Shown here in pieces: positions 60,096 to 64,000 of a DNA stretch of 64,000 bases. The number at the start of each line of letters is the position of its first letter. The first letter of the stretch is position 1. The translations under genes and the position numbers were made by a program. The stretch covers positions 4,066,339 through 4,130,338 of the forward strand of contig OY782882.1 of the NCBI GenBank assembly GCA_963678485.1, given 5' to 3'. The DNA is from Bacteroidales bacterium. Its GTDB lineage: Bacteria > Bacteroidota > Bacteroidia > Bacteroidales > CAIWKO01. The notes beneath the pieces were generated by a model that saw only the letters and a list, made by a program, of their open reading frames with translations, was not told where the DNA came from and ran no database searches.

Positions 60096-61335
60096 TCAAG
60101 CCTGCTGCTCCGCTGGGACTGATGATAGAGTTTAAGGTTGACGTACCAAGTTGAATAAAGGTGTGTTGTTTTAGCTGAAGACTCAGGTTTAATCCTGCAT
60201 TCCAGCTGCCGTAGCCTCCATAGGTAATAACTGGATATATTCCTATATAAGATTTTTTTACGAAGATGCGATAGCCCGGACTGAACGAAAGAAATGGTCG
60301 GTAGACTGAGAAAAACTTATGCTTTGCTTCAGCGGTCACTGAAAAGTGAGTGTCGCCAATGTGATAGGTATAAATCATATCAATTTCCATGGGCAATTTT
60401 GTTACATAGGTAGCCTGATTGTCGCTACCAATCAACTCTTGAGCGATGCTATCTCCAAAATTCGAACTAAACATCGGTTGATCAAGATTGAAAATATCGG
60501 CATCGTAACCGTCGAATTTGATGGTGGTGTCGCGCGTAAAATTTTCCGGTGATTGATCCCAGCGAATGTATCCCAGATTGGTAAGTCGGAATTGAAATTC
60601 ATGGTTTTTAAGATCAGTATAATTATAGCTGAATTCCATTACCCCGCCATAACCGTTGAATGAGCCGAAACTAGTGCGATTGCTGTCGGTCTTTTTAACG
60701 TCCATATCCATGTCCAGCGCAACATATTCTCCATTTTTTTGAGTGAATAAGGAGGCTTTGTTAACATCAATTCTAAGATTGTTTTGCCCAATATTAAAAC
60801 CGAAACCCCATCCTAACTGATGTATACCCTTTTTTGCTTTGTACACTTTGAAAACTCCGGCTTTCACTTGCTGGTACGACAATACATTCAATTGCATATT
60901 GTCGAATTTAACAAATTGGTCGCTGTAAGGTTCATTGCCAAAGAAAACCAAATCAAAGAAACTTTTTTTGAACGACAGTTCAGCTAATGAATGTTCTTCT
61001 ATGCCTATATAGTAGCCAAAATTATCTTTATATGTTGTTGGTGCAAAGAAATAATATAATCCGGCATCCAGGCTGTAGCCTGCGGTATTTCTTTTATCCA
61101 GACGATTGCTTATACGTGTTCTCAGGTTGTCCGATAGATAAGAACCTTTATAAAACTGACCTATGAATTCATTGGTGAGTGTGGATGCATTGAGATCAAA
61201 AGAGGTTGAGAAAAATAGATGATGCGTTCCTTTATCGAAGGCAGGGATACTGTCGTGTTGCGCCATTAGCGGCGAAAACAGCATGTTTACGCAAAGTAAT
61301 ATTGTAAGTACAGCTAATTTTTTACTCCACCACAT
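60064..61335 (-). CDS. Hypothetical secreted (probable outer-membrane) protein
   Basis: There is a signal peptide ending ...PLMAQ. The sequence is aromatic and beta-rich. It overlaps the upstream gene by 14 bp. Confidence 0.4.
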   Translation of the reverse strand: MWWSKKLAVLTILLCVNMLFSPLMAQHDSIPAFDKGTHHLFFSTSFDLNASTLTNEFIGQFYKGSYLSDNLRTRISNRLDKRNTAGYSLDAGLYYFFAPTTYKDNFGYYIGIEEHSLAELSFKKSFFDLVFFGNEPYSDQFVKFDNMQLNVLSYQQVKAGVFKVYKAKKGIHQLGWGFGFNIGQNNLRIDVNKASLFTQKNGEYVALDMDMDVKKTDSNRTSFGSFNGYGGVMEFSYNYTDLKNHEFQFRLTNLGYIRWDQSPENFTRDTTIKFDGYDADIFNLDQPMFSSNFGDSIAQELIGSDNQATYVTKLPMEIDMIYTYHIGDTHFSVTAEAKHKFFSVYRPFLSFSPGYRIFVKKSYIGIYPVITYGGYGSWNAGLNLSLQLKQHTFIQLGTSTLNSIISPSGAAGLSGVFTLYQKL

Positions 61336-62908
61336 AATTGAATTTCCCGGTAACTTTCAGATCCAGATGATATGTGTCATAAATTTGAACATATTGAGAA
61401 CCTGCATTTGTTGTATTAAAATAGGCTGCAATGTATAGTTTTGAGGCCATGTAAAGCAAATCAATTCTTGAACGATTCATTGGAATGTGAATCTCTGTGC
61501 GCAATGGAGTAGCTGCAAAGCCATCCCCGTTAAGGGGAGCTTCTTTAATGTGAGAATGATCGATTAGAATATCCATCACATTGCCTTCTGCATCCAGCGC
61601 AACTAATACGATTTCTGCATCGAAAGGAAAGCCATTATCGGCCAGAAGTAATAATTCCCCATCATTGATTTGTCTGGAATCGTTGACTTCACCCAACGAA
61701 AAATCCATGGTGTCGCCAAGATTAAGATTGCTGGCCATCAGCGAAAGCGGAATCTCCATGTTGAGGTAAGCAGCGAGATAATTCCCTCCATATACAAAAT
61801 CATTCCCTGAAGATATATTGCCCATTGGATTAGATTCTACATCAAGACTGTATCGCAGCTGGTCGGGAAGATTTTCAAGCATATCAAGAATATTTGAGCC
61901 GGCCAGATCGTAAGTATAAGTTGTAGGTATGACGGGCTGTGCAGGATTGTAAGTTTCCAACGCACGGCTAATGTTGATCGTTTTGCCAATGATCGGGCTG
62001 TTCAGCGAAATAGAATTTCCGCTCTTAGTATTTATAGAAGTAAGTTCGTCGAATTTTACTCTGGCGTCAAGTCCGAAGCGGTTTTCGATCATCAAACTTA
62101 TCTTAATGCTTTCAAGGCTAATAGTTCCGCCATGGATGTTGTCGAATAACTTGATGGGCGTGGTCGATGGACCATAAGAAAATTGTTGCTGTGCGAAATA
62201 GCCTTTAGCGTAGCTTAATCCGACATCCTGAAATGTAACCAGCATGTCAAAATGATCCTGAGCGGTCAGCGTTACTGTATTTGCAGATGACGACAATGTA
62301 GCTTTGGAGGAAGTTAAGATATGGTTTGAGGATAATCCATTGGTGCCTCTCATGTCGAGACTATATCCACTCATATCGAAGCGTTTGCTGTATATATACG
62401 GAGATCCATTAGCTGCAGGAATTGTTTCACTTACCTGAAACACTTGACCATTGCGGGTTGCAGACAATATCTTATAAGTGATAACCACTTCCTCCGAGAG
62501 AGTATTTATAAAATCAATCGAAATAAAACCTTTGGAAAGATCCATGCGGCTCACTTCAGCGCCATTAAAATCAAAGGTTTCCTGAGTTGTATTATTGTAT
62601 ATATCTTGTCCGGCGGTGATTTGCACTCCCGGAAATCCGGGATAAAATTTATGGGTGATTGTGTCCGGAACATTAACTAAAGAATCTAAATCAAAGGTAT
62701 ATATAGGATTTTTGTATACTAATGTCAATGCATTGTCGCTGCCCACTTGCAGCAGTGAATCGGGAATCAAATCGTTAATCGAAAGACTGGTTTTAATAAG
62801 GGGAATCTGCACATCCACATCCCAGGAGGCATTGGATTCCCGCTTGCAAGATAATATGCTGCAAATAAGGACAAGCAGGGCAAGAAGTCGGAGCGTATGG
62901 TTGCGCAT
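61322..62908 (-). CDS. Hypothetical lipoprotein (528 aa)
   Basis: There is a lipoprotein signal (ICSILSCKRE). No recognisable domain was seen. Confidence 0.4.
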   Translation of the reverse strand: MRNHTLRLLALLVLICSILSCKRESNASWDVDVQIPLIKTSLSINDLIPDSLLQVGSDNALTLVYKNPIYTFDLDSLVNVPDTITHKFYPGFPGVQITAGQDIYNNTTQETFDFNGAEVSRMDLSKGFISIDFINTLSEEVVITYKILSATRNGQVFQVSETIPAANGSPYIYSKRFDMSGYSLDMRGTNGLSSNHILTSSKATLSSSANTVTLTAQDHFDMLVTFQDVGLSYAKGYFAQQQFSYGPSTTPIKLFDNIHGGTISLESIKISLMIENRFGLDARVKFDELTSINTKSGNSISLNSPIIGKTINISRALETYNPAQPVIPTTYTYDLAGSNILDMLENLPDQLRYSLDVESNPMGNISSGNDFVYGGNYLAAYLNMEIPLSLMASNLNLGDTMDFSLGEVNDSRQINDGELLLLADNGFPFDAEIVLVALDAEGNVMDILIDHSHIKEAPLNGDGFAATPLRTEIHIPMNRSRIDLLYMASKLYIAAYFNTTNAGSQYVQIYDTYHLDLKVTGKFNYVVE

Positions 62909-63105
62909 AGGAGAAAATGAGAGGTAAAAGTATAAAAAAATATATAATTATTGAGAGTTATTTGCCACTAAGTCCGATCCTTCTCCCAAACCAGATAATG
63001 GAGTCACGAATGCTGATTCTTTTTATTGTTTCAGAGAAGGAGCTGATTTAGCCGCCATCATTTCAAGCTCTACCTAGACACCCGCCTTTCTTCAAAGGTT
63101 GCACC

Positions 63106-64000
63106 TTAGTAATTGTACTTCTTACCCCAAAGGTTTTTTAGTCGGGTACGAATCTCATTTTCCCGAGGATTGTCGCCCGGTTCATAGAATTTTTTTCCCT
63201 TTATACCCTCGGGGAGGAATTCAAGATCGGTAAAGTTTCCCTTAAAGCTATGAGCGTATTTATATTCTTTTCCGTAACCAAGGTCTTTCATTAGTTTGGT
63301 GGGTGCGTTACGAATATGTAGTGGTACAGCCAGGTCTCCGCTATTTCTCGCCTCTGCCAGTGCTTCGTCGATGGCCATTATTGACGCATTACTTTTAGGT
63401 GATGATGCAAGATATAAGGCTGTTTGTGAGAGAATGATACGACATTCGGGATAGCCGGTCATTCTAACAGCATCAAAGCAAGAGGTGGCAAGAAGAAGAG
63501 CATTGGGATTGGCATTACCAATATCTTCTGAAGCAAGAATCAGCATGCGTCGTGCAATGAACACCGGATCTTCTCCGGCATTTATCATTCTGGCAAGCCA
63601 GTACACCGTGGCATTCGGGTCACTTCCGCGCATCGATTTGATGAACGCAGAGATAATATCATAATGTTGTTCGCCCGATTTATCATAAAGTGCTAGGTTT
63701 TGCTGAATCAACCGAAGGACCATCTCATTGGTTATATGCAGAGCCTCTTTTTTTCCTGCACTATGCGCCACTAGTTCAATGGCATTCATTAGCTTGCGGG
63801 CATCGCCTCCGGATATTCTTAGCAGGGCTTCAGGTTCATCGATAGTGATTTCGATGTTCAATTCCTTCGAAAGGAATTCAACAGCCCGGGCAAGCAGTAG
63901 TTGCAGTTGTTCTACTTCAAGATTTTTCAGAATATAAACCTGACAGCGGGAGAGGAGTGGTGAAATGACTTCGAAGGATGGGTTTTCGGTGGTGGCGCCA
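63106..64000 (-). CDS. rarA: Replication-associated recombination protein A (RarA/MgsA AAA+ ATPase), 5' partial. The ORF continues past the window end.
   Basis: The frame is open to position 64000. The sequence ATTENPSFEVISPLLSRCQVY (sensor-1/arginine-finger region) is present. The MgsA_C region is ...SEDIGNANPNAL.... Confidence 0.75.
   Translation of the reverse strand, partial: GATTENPSFEVISPLLSRCQVYILKNLEVEQLQLLLARAVEFLSKELNIEITIDEPEALLRISGGDARKLMNAIELVAHSAGKKEALHITNEMVLRLIQQNLALYDKSGEQHYDIISAFIKSMRGSDPNATVYWLARMINAGEDPVFIARRMLILASEDIGNANPNALLLATSCFDAVRMTGYPECRIILSQTALYLASSPKSNASIMAIDEALAEARNSGDLAVPLHIRNAPTKLMKDLGYGKEYKYAHSFKGNFTDLEFLPEGIKGKKFYEPGDNPRENEIRTRLKNLWGKKYNY

Overview
This window reads as a chromosomal segment from a Bacteroidota genome, at roughly 40% GC. 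The evidence for the phylum is six secreted proteins with type IX secretion C-terminal sorting domains, TAnnTTTG-type -7 promoter boxes, and a cold-shock protein plus DEAD-box helicase. The housekeeping content is an HtpX-like M48 protease (5' partial), murB, pyrG, tRNA-Ser(GCT), tRNA-Pro(TGG), tRNA-Arg(TCT), a phosphohexomutase, an M3 oligoendopeptidase and a 5'-partial rarA at the right edge. The accessory content is a secreted trimeric fibre protein (collagen GXT repeats, Hep_Hag-like repeats and a C-terminal S74 intramolecular chaperone). There is a heavy-metal efflux locus in which the CzcA-type RND pump is fused in frame to an outer-membrane factor, preceded by a small Cys/His-rich ORF and followed by an adaptor subunit. 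Two arylsulfotransferase-like propellers and several other type IX cargo proteins are present. An IS200/IS605-type Y1 transposase is embedded in arrays of UUCG-tetraloop hairpin repeats, giving a REP/RAYT-like arrangement. There is also a Kelch lipoprotein, a flotillin-like SPFH protein, a LytS/LytTR two-component pair and a TonB-dependent receptor. A 46-bp tandem array of about 14 copies flanks a four-helix-bundle (23S-IVS family) protein gene. The most striking element is a five-gene, apparently co-transcribed, all-membrane-anchored Ser/Thr phospho-signalling module at 38.3-44.9 kb. It comprises an FHA protein, a vWA-TM-FHA protein, a PP2C phosphatase with 2xLysM, a Hanks kinase with SH3b, and a FHA-FHA-TM-trypsin protease. 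Immediately downstream sits an IS1634-family insertion that generated a target-site duplication of about 206-211 bp copying the 3' end of the last gene.
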